NCBI GenBank assembly: GCA_965220085.1
Contig: CBDCOZ010000003.1
Location: 1,920,001-1,984,000, forward strand
Direction: 5' to 3'
DNA from: Candidatus Oxydemutatoraceae bacterium
GTDB lineage: Bacteria; Pseudomonadota; Gammaproteobacteria; Poriferisulfidales; Oxydemutatoraceae
Length of the DNA stretch: 64,000 nucleotides
Shown: positions 42,417 through 54,720 of the stretch, piece by piece
Layout: each line of letters starts with the position of its first letter
How positions within the stretch are numbered: the stretch's first letter is position 1
Position numbers and translations under genes: made by a program
The notes under the pieces: model-generated
The model's database searches: none
What the model was told of the DNA's origin: nothing
What the model saw: only the letters and a program-made list of their open reading frames with translations

Positions 42417-43103
42417 GACTCTCCCGCGAGGGGAGTATTTATAAATAGTTATATAAATATAACTATGTGTGCCCAGGACTCTCCCGCGAGGGGGAGTATT
42501 TATAAATAGTTATATAAATATAACTATGTGTGCCCGGGACTCTCCCGCGAGGGGGAGTATTTATAAATAGTTATATAAATATAACTATGTGTGCCCGGGA
42601 CTCTCCCGCGAGGGGGAGTATTTATAAATAGTTATATAAATATAACTATGTGTGCCCGGGACTCTCCCGCGAGGGGGAGTATTTATAAATAGTTATATAA
42701 ATATAACTATGTGTGCCCAGGACTCTCCCGCGAGGGGGAGTATTTATAAATAGTTATATAAATATAACTATGTGTGCCCAGGACTCTCCCGCGAGGGGAG
42801 TATTTATAAATAGTTATATAAATATAACTATGTGTGCCCGGGACTCTCCCGCGAGGGGGAGTATTTATAAATAGTTATATAAATATAACTATGTGTGCCT
42901 GGGACTCTCCCGCGAGGGGGAGTATTTATAAATAGTTATATAAATATAACTATGTGTGCCCGGGACTCTCCCGCGAGGGGAGTATTTATAAATAGTTATA
43001 TAAATATAACTATGTGTGCCCAGGACTCTCCCGCGAGGGGAGTATTTATAAATAGTTATATAAATATAACTATGTGTGCCCAGGACTCTCCCGCGAGGGG
43101 AGA
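42417..43103. repeat. 60/61-bp tandem array, 11 units plus a terminal hairpin
   Basis: Unit gactctcccgcgagggg(g)agtatttataaatagttatataaatataactatgtgtgcc(c/t)(a/g)g. Confidence 0.95.
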
Positions 43104-43516
43104 GTTGGAAAGGATAAGCAACGCATACCGTCCGTACGGCGGACTCTGCTCTGCCGACTTTCTCGCCGAGGGAGCGCCATGACGGCGCTACGGTAATGGT
43201 CGTGGGTATCGGTCACCATCCTTCCTCACCGCATCGTCCGGCGCTTGTGCTCGGACCCTGAGACTTTCAAAAAAGATTGGAGTCATAGCGGGCTCTGCGA
43301 CTCTCTTGCAAGGGAACATCATGACAGCGCTCTTAAAAACGCTTCTTTGCGCAAAAAAATCACACCGTGAATTGTGCGATTAGACCGTTCGTCAGACAAT
43401 CTATGCCGCCTGTCCTATCCGATGACTGCATCTCCTAAAGTAGCGCTACTATCCGGCATGAAGGCTTTGAATATAGTCTTTGAGTTAATGTTATCATGCG
43501 GTGTGGAGGCACAATT

Positions 43517-44470
43517 ATGAAAAAACCTAAAAACTTAAAAGTAGAAGATACGGCGGGGGTTGCTTATAGCCCCGTCGATAACTTGACCGACGCAGGCTTT
43601 GACAAACAGAAAGCAGGCGCGATTGTCGACGAGCAACTTGCGCTGGTGCGCAAACACTTGAACACTCTGCTAACCAGAGAAGAATTTGCCAAGTTTAAAG
43701 TGGTGATCGAAGAAAGATTAGCCGAGCTTGAGTTAGCGCTCAAAGAAAACAAGGCTCAGTGGAAAGAAGAGTTGGACAAGTTTGAGTCGGCCATGAAAGA
43801 AGCGCTGGCCGAGTTAGCGACGAAAGAAGAATTGGCCAATCTTGAATCGGTCATGAAAGAAGAGCTGACCAAGTTGAGCGAAGCGTTAGCCAATCTGGCG
43901 ACGAAAGAAGAACTGGACAAGTCTGAGGCAACGATCAAAGGACACATAGAGCGGTTGGAAAAAGAATTGACCAAGTTGGGCGAAGAGTTGGACGATCTGG
44001 CGACGAAAAAAGAGTTAGGCGAGTTCAAGTCGGAAACCAAAGAAAACATAGATCGGTTGGAAAAAGAATTGGCTCGGTTGAGAGAAAAGTTAACCCAGTT
44101 TGAATTGGCAATAAAAGAAGGCTTAGCCAAGTTCAAGTCAGAAACCCAAAAAGACATAGCTCAGTTGCAAAAGGAATTGGCCGAGTTGAAAAAAGCGTTT
44201 GCTGAGTTCAAGTCAGAAGTTAAAAAAGATCTGGAGCGGTTGAGAAAGGACATAACCGAGTTGAGAAAAGAGTTGGACGAGTTCAAGTCAGAAATGAAAA
44301 AAGTATTGGAAAATATGGCGACCAAAGAAGACCTGAAAAATCTGGCAACCAAAAAAGACTTGGAACATATGGCGACCAAAGAAGACGTGGCTAAGGCGAC
44401 AATAGGAATCATAAAGTGGCTTGTATTAACCGCACTTGCGTTAGCGGCTGTGATAGCCGCATTTATGTAA
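43517..44470 (+). CDS. Tail-anchored coiled-coil protein (DUF1640/CCDC90/Bdr-like)
   Basis: GGAGG SD, LTDAGFDKQKA head, LATKEEL/FKSE repeats and a C-terminal IIKWLV... TM helix. Confidence 0.8.
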   Translation: MKKPKNLKVEDTAGVAYSPVDNLTDAGFDKQKAGAIVDEQLALVRKHLNTLLTREEFAKFKVVIEERLAELELALKENKAQWKEELDKFESAMKEALAELATKEELANLESVMKEELTKLSEALANLATKEELDKSEATIKGHIERLEKELTKLGEELDDLATKKELGEFKSETKENIDRLEKELARLREKLTQFELAIKEGLAKFKSETQKDIAQLQKELAELKKAFAEFKSEVKKDLERLRKDITELRKELDEFKSEMKKVLENMATKEDLKNLATKKDLEHMATKEDVAKATIGIIKWLVLTALALAAVIAAFM

Positions 44471-44557
44471 CTCTTTGCTTAGGCCTGTGCCGTATCCTGT
44501 TCGCGCCGACAGAGGGAGCGCGCTTCGCAGACAGCGCTCCCCCTCCGGCATAGCGCA

Positions 44558-45073
44558 GTTGCCCCGACTCCCGCGCCGGGCGAATGATTGCCTGTTGCGC
44601 ATCGTGCTTCCGGTTTGCGCTGCCCCGACTCCCGCGCCGGGCGAATGATCGCCTGTTGCGCATCGTGCTTCCGGTTTGCGTTGCCCCGACTCCCGCGCCG
44701 GGCGAATGATCGCCTGTTGCGCATCGTGCTTCCGGTTTGCGTTGCGCCGCCTCCCGCGCCGGGCGAATGATTGCCTGTTGCGCATCGTGCTTCCGGTTTG
44801 CGCTGCCCCGACTCCCGCGCCGGGCGAATGATTGCCTGTTGCGCATCGTGCTTCCGGTTTGCGTTGCCCCGACTCCCGCGCCGGGCGAATGATCGCCTGT
44901 TGCGCATCGTGCTTCCGGTTTGCGTTGCCCCGACTCCCGCGCCGGACGAATGATCGCCTGTTGCGCATCGTGCTTCCGGTTTGCGCTGCGCCGACTCCCG
45001 CGCCGGGCGAATGATCGCCTGTTGCGCATCGTGCTTCCGGTTTGCGCTGCCCCGACTCCCGCGCCGGGCGAAT
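44558..45073. repeat. 61-bp GC-rich tandem array, 8 units plus partial
   Basis: Unit g(t/c)tgccccgactcccgcgccgggcgaatgat(t/c)gcctgttgcgcatcgtgcttccggtttgc. Confidence 0.95.
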
Positions 45074-45170
45074 ATTGCGCGCGTTACATGCGTGAAAATA
45101 GCGATGAAACATCGCCGCTTTACAACAGCCTCCGCGGAGGCTTGGGCGGAGTCACGTATCAGCCCGCGGG

Positions 45171-45845
45171 TTATTTCCTTGCTATCCAGCACTGGCTTAA
45201 CGCCAGATTTTTGAAAAGCCTTGCTAACAGGGGAATGTAAACGCTGACTCCTATATACACCTCGGTAGTCGCATACCTGAGCGGCGTAAATCCGTGGTAA
45301 CGGAGCAAGCGCTTGAGCCCTTTGACGGTGAACCCGTTGCAGTGGGTTCTGTTATTCGTCGATTTCGGATAGCCGACCCCCAACTGGATATTGGCGGTAT
45401 GAAACGTGGTCGGGTTCAGGCCGAACAGCAGAGAAAGCCGCTCGTGTAAAGCGGCCAGATTGGGAGTGCCGCAGACAAAGTGTCCGCCTTTGCGCAACAC
45501 TCTGTGGATCTCATCGAGCGCGTGATCCACTTCATAAATATGTTCTAACACCTGATTACACGATACGATGTCCAGCGATTCCGCAGCAAACGGCAGGTCG
45601 CTTTTGTTCAAGTCCAAAAATTCCAGAGAAGCCAAGCGGTGTTGCTTGGGATACTTTCCGTCCCAGCCTTCGCAATCTATGCCGTGAATCTCAGCGTCGC
45701 GGAATGTTTGCTTCAGAGCAAATATGGCTTCCTTGTCACAGCAACCTATCTCCAGAACCTTCCGCACTTGCTCCTCTTTCAAGGAAGCTATCATGGAGAA
45801 ATACAGGTTTCTGTCTTTGCGTCTATACGGCGTCATGGCCCGCAA
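45171..45845 (-). CDS. Class I SAM-dependent methyltransferase
   Basis: VLEIGC, LPF..ESLD, QVLEHI, EIHRVLRKGG and TPN. Confidence 0.85.
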   Translation of the reverse strand: MRAMTPYRRKDRNLYFSMIASLKEEQVRKVLEIGCCDKEAIFALKQTFRDAEIHGIDCEGWDGKYPKQHRLASLEFLDLNKSDLPFAAESLDIVSCNQVLEHIYEVDHALDEIHRVLRKGGHFVCGTPNLAALHERLSLLFGLNPTTFHTANIQLGVGYPKSTNNRTHCNGFTVKGLKRLLRYHGFTPLRYATTEVYIGVSVYIPLLARLFKNLALSQCWIARK

Positions 45846-45933
45846 CTGCCTCTGCCGGGAGGTCTGTGAGTCGCGGCGGAGCTATCACAGCCCTTCTTGT
45901 CAAGCGCCATGTTCATCGGCGGTGCGCCGGAGT

Positions 45934-47148
<1,215 letters not shown>

Positions 47149-47321
47149 CTATCCGTCAATTATTGAATGCCCGCAGGCCAATCTGCAACAAACCCGCTTC
47201 AAATTCCGCAAATCCTTCCCGAAGAGGTGACAAGCGCTCATTGAATGCATTCCTGCGTATCCTGCCTTACTCCCCTTGTGTGTCCCGTAATACTCCCCTG
47301 CTCCGCCGCCGGGTACTCGCA

Positions 47322-49035
47322 TTATCGTAGCGGGCCTTCCAGGAAAAGGCGCAGGCGCAAGCGCAGACCCGGGTCCGCGCCTTCCACTGCTATGCCAAAG
47401 GGCAGGCTGGCCGTATCGTCGCTTTCGGTGTTGTTGTCGGCATCCGCCACTGTCCAGATATAGGTAGCGGAAGTCGCCGCCGCTCTGGGGATGCCGCTGA
47501 TGGTGCGGGTGGCGGGCTCAAGGCTTAGGCCCGCCGGCAGAGCCGGGGTCAGGGCATAGGTCAGCTCACCATTGCCGCCGCTGGCCGCAGGCAGGGTCAG
47601 GTCGGTGATGGCGGCGCCGGTCACCCAGCTCTGGTCGGCGATGGCGGCATCGGCGGCAAAGGCCGGCGCCGTATCCGTACTTACCTCTATGCCGAAGGTC
47701 AGCGTATCGGTATCGTTGATCATGGTATTGCTGTCGCCATCGGAGACCCGGTAGGCATAGGTGACACTTGTAGCGGAGGCAGGTGTGCCGCTGATAGTAC
47801 GCGTGTCGGCATCAAAGGCGAGACCCGCGGGCAACGCCGGAATCAGGGCATAGGTCAGCGCGCCATCGCCGCCGCTGGCCGCAGGCAACACCACATCGGT
47901 GATGGCGGCGCCGATGATCCAAACCTGATCATCCGCCGAGGCATCGCCAAAGGCGGGCACACTGTTCACCAGCCTGCCGACGCTGCATCGCTCCTCGGAG
48001 GCCGGAGGGGAGAACTGATCCATAAAGGAAACGCAGACGCGTATGTGCTTGCCGGTCTGGGCCGCAAGCGGTGTGAAGTCGGAGAAAGTGATGCCTGTGG
48101 CAGTGGCGCCGGGTATATCGCTGTAATCACTGGTTAAAGGGGCGCGACCTCTGTCGGGGGAAGCGCCCTGTTGCCACTTCCAGGCCAGGGTAGCGACATC
48201 GATGCCGTTGGGTTCTGTCACACCGGTTATCGATGCCGTAAGCGGCACACCTACGTAATAGGCGGTGGCGGCGCCCGTAGCAGTCGCTACCGTGGGCACA
48301 CCGCTGGCGGCCGTCTGCGTGGATGCCCCTGCCAGGTTGATGGTCATCGTGGCCTCAGTAGCAACTGGCGATGTTCCAAATGTTTCGATGCTGAAGCGGA
48401 AACTGGTAGCGGTGACAGAGATGTCATCGGTTGGCGGGGTGTATCGGAGTTTGTTTTCGGAGTTGGCAGGTGAAAAATGAGGCATGTGGAATGAGCGACC
48501 CCTCTGGTTATCACGACCGAGCTGGCCGATGAAGAGATTGAAGGTGCCATCGTCCTCATAGAAAAGGGTGCCAAGATCAGGCAAACTTTCGATGTACAGG
48601 GTGCCGCCTGTGAAACCGGGGAAGTCGGCCAACCGGAAAGTATAAGTGTCCCCGCCAAGTTCGACATCAACACTGCTGTCTTGGGCGGTTTGCGCGTTCG
48701 CCCCGGTTGCGCCCAATGCCAGGCACAGCGCGGCCGCGCCGATGCGCCGCAAAATTGCGTAACCCGCGTCTGCGTCAAGGGGCAGGCAATGTATGGCAAC
48801 CGCGACGATGCGACGCGCCGCCGCCCGCGCGGGTGCGAAGAGCGCCGCAAACCATAGCGCAAGCCGAGGCGCCGCCGGAAGACGCATCCGCGTTGCGGAT
48901 GGCGAGTTGCGGTGTGCGGGTGGCAGAAAGCGAGCGGCGAGGCGATATAGCCGGGAGTCCGCAATCCCCCTATTTACACAGCGCACGGGGGAGGGGGGGG
49001 GGGGGGGGGGTAGTATTAACATTTTGTTGCTTCAT
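47322..49035 (-). CDS. Secreted multi-domain FLEGPLR protein (paralog-type domains plus two He_PIG repeats), C18 leader tract
   Basis: ORF 47322-49022. The homologous start MKQQN (49035) is out of frame with the body. Tail [14 protein letters not shown]. Confidence 0.75.
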
Positions 49036-49358
49036 ATCTATCTATACTGATGTAACATATGTCATGTTTCTGGTAAATGCGGTTGCATGTAGTATGTGCA
49101 CAAACAACTCCGTTGTTTGTAGCTTTTGCATGGAGCACAAACAATTGAGTATGGTTTGCGTTCCATCACTGTTTGCGGATTGTTTAGCGCCGTGTGCTCT
49201 GCCACAAGGCGCAAGTCATTTACAAGAGTTAAGTTGCTCATTGTTTCCCTCCTTTGGCGTACTCTACCACAGAGTACGGGTCATTTGCAAGCGCCTCCTG
49301 CCCTGCTCCCCTTGTCTGCGCCCCATATGCTCCCCTGCTCCGCCGCAGGATACTCGCG

Positions 49359-49392
49359 CTATCGCAACGGGCCTTCCAGAAAAAGGCGCGGG
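49359..49392 (-). other. Orphan RLFLEGPLR-stop coding fragment with conserved downstream flank
   Basis: Minus strand cgcctttttctggaaggcccgttgcgatag followed by cgcgagtatcctgcggcggagcaggggag. Confidence 0.8.
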
Positions 49393-49681
49393 CACAGGGC
49401 GGCGGGAGCAGCGCATGACAGCGCCGGTTAAGCCGTTCATGCCATCGCGCGGATATTTGCGCCGCCGCGCATAGCGTGATGAGCGGCTGGGGCGGCAGGC
49501 GTCCATGCCGGCTTCTATCCCGCGTTGCTGCCGGGAGCCCGCAATGTTTGCGGCATTATCCGGGGCGGGCGGCGCAGAAACCTGCGGCAAGCAAACTTGA
49601 AAATCGGGCATGCTGATATAATAGCGCACGAACCATGCCCAAAGTATTTGTCTCCGCCGAAACGCCGACGCCGAAACACCG

Positions 49682-51982
49682 TTGAAAAAGAAAGTCATCT
49701 CCAAAGCAACCGCCAAACGGTTACAAAAACCGCAGACACGACCGCCGGGCTCCGGGTTGCTCAAACGCCTGCGCACCGCCATCGGCGCCATGCTGGTTGT
49801 CATCATCGCTTACCTGTTATTGGTATTGCTCGGCTACCACCCCGACGACCCGTCGTGGGCAAACAATGTTCCTGCCGACCAAACCCGCAATCCCGGCGGC
49901 GTCATCGGCGCATGGATTGCATACACCTTGTATTTTTTCCTCGGCGGCCCGGCGCTTGTTTTGTTCCCGCTCGCCATCGGCCTGAGCGCGTGGCACTACT
50001 TTAAGCAGGAAGAGAGCGCCCCGTCCTTTCTCAACGAGCACCTGATCAACTGGCTGACATTTGTGCTGACGATCATCGCGTGTTGCGGGCTGGCATCGCT
50101 GCATTTTGTCGGCCACGAACTGCCATTGACGGCGGGCGGGCGGGTCGGCGAGGTGGCGGCGCGCAATTTTGTCAGCGTATTCGGAATGGTCGGCTCCACG
50201 GTGCTATTGACCGGCCTTGCGGTCACCGGCTTCACCCTGATGACCGGCATTTCGTGGCTCAAAGTCATGGATGCCATCGGCGCTTCGATATTCCGCCTGC
50301 TGGATTGGGGCAAAGAGCTGCGCGAACGCCGCGCCACGCAACTCGCCGCGGAAGACCGAGAGAAGAGAATCGTGCAAAGGAAGAAAAAGTTGTCTATTGA
50401 TACGCCGCCGCGGATTGAACCGCAGGTCAAATCGGTCGGGCCGAGCAAACGCCAGCGGCGCGAGCGGCAGATCGGATTGCCCCAAGTGAAATCGTCCGAT
50501 GAGTTGCCGGCGCTGAGTTTGCTGGATGCCTCGGCCGAAGAAGTCGCGGCGTATTCCGAAAAAGAGCTCAACCAAATGGCGAAGCAATTGGAGATCAAGT
50601 TGCAGGACTTCGGCATTGAAGCGGAGGTCACCGAAGCGCAGCCCGGCCCGATCATCACGCGCTTTGAATTGTTGCCGGCGCCCGGCACCAAAGCGTCCTC
50701 TATCAGCAATCTGGAGAAGGACCTGGCGCGCTCCATGTCGGTTCCGAGTCTGCGCGTCGTTGAAGTGATTCCGGGCAAATCGGTGGTCGGCATAGAAATT
50801 CCGAATCAGCGACCGTCCGTTGTGCGGCTGGGAGAAATTCTCGGTTCGCAAAAATACGACGAAGCCAAATCGCCTCTGACGCTCGCGCTCGGCAAAGGCA
50901 TTACCGGCGAAGCGACGATGGTGAATCTGGAAAGCCTGCCCCATCTGCTGGCGGCGGGCACGACCGGGGCCGGCAAGTCGGTGGCGGTACATGTCATGCT
51001 GCTCAGTCTCTTGTTTAAGAATCTTCCCCGACAGGTGCGCCTGATTCTGATCGACCCCAAGATGCTGGAACTCAAAACCTACGAAAACATCCCCCACTTG
51101 CTGACGCCGGTGATTACCGATATGAACGAAGCAGCCGGCGTCCTGAACTGGGCGGTGGCCGAAATGGAACGGCGTTATCAATTGATGGCAAGCGTCGGCG
51201 CGCGCAATATCGGCGGGCTGAACCAGCGCATCGCCGAAGCGCAGAACCGCGGGCAGCCGCTGCGCGACCCGTTGCTTGAGAATAGCGACGGCGAAGAGGG
51301 GGAAGCGAATGAGGCGCCGCTGCTGGAAGCGATGCCCTATATCGTCATCGTCATAGACGAGTTTGCGGACATGATGATGGTCGCCGGCAAAAAAGTCGAG
51401 GAACTGATTATCCGCCTGGCGCAAAAAGCCCGCGCCGCCGGCCTGCACCTGATTCTTGCGACCCAACGGCCTTCCGTCGATATCATCACCGGTCTGGTCA
51501 AAGCAAACATTCCGGCGCGGATCGCTTTTCAGGTGTCGTCCAAAGTCGATTCGCGAACCATCCTGGACCAAAACGGCGCCGAACAACTGCTCGGCAAAGG
51601 CGACATGTTATTCCTCGCCCCCGGCGGCGGCTTGCCGGAACGCATCCACGGCGCGTTTGTCAGCGATCGGGAAGTCGCCAAGGTGACGGATTTTCTGCGC
51701 CGGACGGGAACGCCGCAATACGAAGACCTGCTCGCTGCGCCGACAGCCGGCGCGGGCGGCGCGGGCGGCGGACAAGGCGATGACCCGCTGTTTGACGAAG
51801 CCGTCGCCATCGTCACCGCATCCAACAAGGCCTCCATATCGCATCTGCAACGCCGCCTCAAGATCGGCTATAACCGCGCCGCCAGAATGATAGAGGACAT
51901 GGAAGCCGCCGGCATTGTCAGCGCGGTGCAATCCAACGGCAGCCGCGAAGTGCTGGCGCCGCGCGAAGGTCGCGAATCATGA
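49682..51982 (+). CDS. ftsK: DNA translocase FtsK
   Basis: 4TM N terminus, [22 protein letters not shown] and a gamma domain ([14 protein letters not shown]). Confidence 0.96.
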   Translation: MKKKVISKATAKRLQKPQTRPPGSGLLKRLRTAIGAMLVVIIAYLLLVLLGYHPDDPSWANNVPADQTRNPGGVIGAWIAYTLYFFLGGPALVLFPLAIGLSAWHYFKQEESAPSFLNEHLINWLTFVLTIIACCGLASLHFVGHELPLTAGGRVGEVAARNFVSVFGMVGSTVLLTGLAVTGFTLMTGISWLKVMDAIGASIFRLLDWGKELRERRATQLAAEDREKRIVQRKKKLSIDTPPRIEPQVKSVGPSKRQRRERQIGLPQVKSSDELPALSLLDASAEEVAAYSEKELNQMAKQLEIKLQDFGIEAEVTEAQPGPIITRFELLPAPGTKASSISNLEKDLARSMSVPSLRVVEVIPGKSVVGIEIPNQRPSVVRLGEILGSQKYDEAKSPLTLALGKGITGEATMVNLESLPHLLAAGTTGAGKSVAVHVMLLSLLFKNLPRQVRLILIDPKMLELKTYENIPHLLTPVITDMNEAAGVLNWAVAEMERRYQLMASVGARNIGGLNQRIAEAQNRGQPLRDPLLENSDGEEGEANEAPLLEAMPYIVIVIDEFADMMMVAGKKVEELIIRLAQKARAAGLHLILATQRPSVDIITGLVKANIPARIAFQVSSKVDSRTILDQNGAEQLLGKGDMLFLAPGGGLPERIHGAFVSDREVAKVTDFLRRTGTPQYEDLLAAPTAGAGGAGGGQGDDPLFDEAVAIVTASNKASISHLQRRLKIGYNRAARMIEDMEAAGIVSAVQSNGSREVLAPREGRES

Positions 51983-52797
51983 TGCGCCGCCTCAAGATCG
52001 GCTATAACCGCGCCGCCAGAATGATAGAGGACATGGAAGCCGCCGGCATTGTCAGCGCAGCGCAATCCAACGGCAGCCGCGAAGCGCTGGCGCCGCGCGA
52101 AGGTCGCGAATCATGATGCGCCGCCTCAAGATCGGCTATAACCGCGCCGCCAAAATGACAGAGGACATGGAAGCCGCCGGCATTGTCAGCGCAGCGCAAT
52201 CCAACGGCAGCCGCGAAGCGCTGGCGCCGCGCGAAGGTCGCGAATCATGATGCGCCGCCTCAAGATCGGCTATAACCGCGCCGCCAAAATGACAGAGGAC
52301 ATGGAAGCCGCCGGCATTGTCAGCGCAGCGCAATCCAACGGCAGCCGCGAAGCGCTGGCGCCGCGCGAAGGTCGCGAATCATGATGCGCCGCCTCAAGAT
52401 CGGCTATAACCGCGCCGCCAGAATGACAGAGGACATGGAAGCCGCCGGCATTGTCAGCGCAGCGCAATCCAACGGCAGCCGCGAAGCGCTGGCGCCGCGC
52501 GAAGGTCGCGAATCATGATGCGCCGCCTCAAGATCGGCCATAACCGCGCCGCCAGAATGACAGAGGACATGGAAGCCGCCGGCATTGTCAGCGCAGCGCA
52601 ATCCAACGGCAGCCGCGAGGCGCTGGCGCCGCGCGAAGGTCGCGAATCATGATGCGCCGCCTCAAGATCGGCTATAACCGCGCCGCCAGAATGACAGAGG
52701 ACATGGAAGCCGCCGGCATTGTCAGCGCAGCGCAATCCAACGGCAACCGCGAAGCGCTGGCGCCGCGCGAAGGTCGCGAATCATGATGCGCCGCCTC
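51851..52797 (+). repeat. 134-bp tandem array (7 units) of the ftsK 3' end/lolA start junction
   Basis: Units start at 51851, 51985, 52119, 52253, 52387, 52521 and 52655. Microhomology cgccgcctc; SNPs between units. Confidence 0.95.
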
Positions 52798-53397
52798 GGA
52801 CTTTTGCTCTTGTGGCTGCCGTGTGTCGGCTCCGCCGGCGCACTCGACGACCTCTACCACTTTTTTCAGGCGACAACATTTGAGGCAGACTTTGCGCAGA
52901 AAGTCTATGACGATGAAGATCAATTGCTGGAGACTTCCCAAGGCTTTGTGCTGTTCCGCCGCCCGGGGCAATTCCGCTGGGAATACCGCGCGCCCGAAAG
53001 TTACATCATCACGACCGACGGCATCAATCTGCTCGTCTATGACCCGGCTTTGTCTCAGGCCTATGTTCGCCCGACGATGGAAGCGCTCGGCACCGCGCCT
53101 TTGCGCCTGCTGTTAGACCGCCGCCGGGTCTTTGATGATTTTGATTTGGAACCGGTTGCGCGCGCCGACAAACTGAAGTGGGTACGCTTGACTCCGAAAG
53201 TGGACGACACCGAATTCACGCATTTTGAAGTCGGCTTTGCCGGGCACGGGATCAGCCGCATGGCGTTGTTCGATCGCTTTGATCAACGCATAGACATACG
53301 CTTTGACAATGTGAAGATCAACCCGGCGATAGCGGCAAGCCGTTTCAAACTCCGGTTGCCGCCGGACACCGATGTCATCGGCGACTACCTGCGCTGA
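52783..53397 (+). CDS. lolA: Outer-membrane lipoprotein chaperone
   Basis: [16 protein letters not shown]...YDP.L.Q and P..TDVI. Lies downstream of ftsK. Confidence 0.9.
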   Translation: MMRRLGLLLLWLPCVGSAGALDDLYHFFQATTFEADFAQKVYDDEDQLLETSQGFVLFRRPGQFRWEYRAPESYIITTDGINLLVYDPALSQAYVRPTMEALGTAPLRLLLDRRRVFDDFDLEPVARADKLKWVRLTPKVDDTEFTHFEVGFAGHGISRMALFDRFDQRIDIRFDNVKINPAIAASRFKLRLPPDTDVIGDYLR

Positions 53398-54127
53398 ACC
53401 GAACCGCTATGCGGCCGGCGAGCGGAACAGCTTGGAAACGGGATTGACGTTTTTCACTTCCATCTGATCGACGCGCTTGCCGGCTTGCGTCAGGCCGTTA
53501 AACGACGGGCACACAAACAGGTTGCCATTCGCGGCAAGCCGTTTCAAACTCCGGTTGCCGCCGGACACCGATGTCATCGGCGACTACCTGCGCTGAACCG
53601 AACCGCTATGCGGCCGGCGAGCGGAACAGCTTGGAAACGGGATTGACGTTTTTCACTTCCATCTGATCGACGCGCCTGCCGGCTTGCGCCAGGCCGTTAA
53701 ACGACGGGCACACAAACAGGTTGCCATTCGCGGCAAGCCGGTTCAAACTCCGGTTGCCGCCGGACACCGATGTCATCGGCGACTACCTGCGCTGAACCGA
53801 ACCGCTATGCGGCCGGCGAGCGGAACAGCTTGGAAACGGGATTGACGTTTTTCACTTCAAACTGATCGACGCGCCTGTCGGCTTGCGTCAGGCCGTTAAA
53901 CGACGGGCACACAAACAGGTTGCCATTCGCGGCAAGCCGGTTCAAACTCCGGTTGCCGCCGGACACCGATGTCATCGGCGACTACCTGCGCTGAACCGAA
54001 CCGCTATGCGGCCGGCGAGCGGAACAGCTTGGAAACGGGATTGACGTTTTTCACTTCAAACTGATCGACGCGCCTGTCGGCTTGCGTCAGGCCGTTAAAC
54101 GACGGGCACACAAACAGATTGCCACTC
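53332..54127. repeat. 199-bp tandem array (4 units) of the convergent lolA/NTP-transferase 3' ends
   Basis: gcggcaagc at 53332, 53531, 53730 and 53929. Confidence 0.93.
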
Positions 54128-54720
54128 ACCGCGAGGCGCCGTTGTTCGCGGATTGAAAAGGCGGCCGCTTCCAGAAATGTCGCGACATCGCGGAAAAAAT
54201 AGGTGCCGGCGGAAGCGTGTTCGGAAATCACGCGCTTTTCCGCCGTCGCGGTCACACGCCCGCGCGCGTCAATCGCAAGATAGCTGTAGCAGGCATCATC
54301 GGCGCGAAACCACGGAATCAAACCCGACGAATCGGCATCCGCCAACCAGACATCGATCTGCTCCGCGTCCGCATCGTAGATGATATCGGCGAGGTCTATG
54401 CACAGCGGCTCCTCCAAGCGCGCGCTGGCCGACACGCCGGCGACGGCGGAAAGCAGCGCCCCGCGCGTCGGGCTATTCAAATATGCCTTCTGCGCGCCGA
54501 CAAAACAGCGGTCAAGAAAGCGGGCGATGGCAGCCGATTCGGGCACATCGGCGCGCAATACAAAAATCAGGTCGGCGCTCGCCACAACGCCATCGCGCCA
54601 CCATGGCCGCGATGTCAAAACCCGTTCTATCAGCGGCGTTCCGTCGACTTCCGACAAAGGCTTGACGCAACCGTTTGCGCGAACGATATCGGCGCCGGCC
54701 AGAGGAACCACGCAGATCAT
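54004..54720 (-). CDS. Nucleotidyltransferase/GT-A fold protein
   Basis: MICVVPLAG...KPL.EV, TRGA and AEKRVISEHASAGTYFF. Confidence 0.78.
   Translation of the reverse strand: MICVVPLAGADIVRANGCVKPLSEVDGTPLIERVLTSRPWWRDGVVASADLIFVLRADVPESAAIARFLDRCFVGAQKAYLNSPTRGALLSAVAGVSASARLEEPLCIDLADIIYDADAEQIDVWLADADSSGLIPWFRADDACYSYLAIDARGRVTATAEKRVISEHASAGTYFFRDVATFLEAAAFSIREQRRLAVSGNLFVCPSFNGLTQADRRVDQFEVKNVNPVSKLFRSPAA

Noticed and set aside
42417-43103. CRISPR array
   Set aside because: Units are near-identical along their whole length, with no unique spacers and no cas genes in the window.
44558-45073. CRISPR array or coding repeats (ORFs 44441-45192)
   Set aside because: No variable spacers. The ORFs in several frames are by-products of a 61-bp stop-poor repeat.
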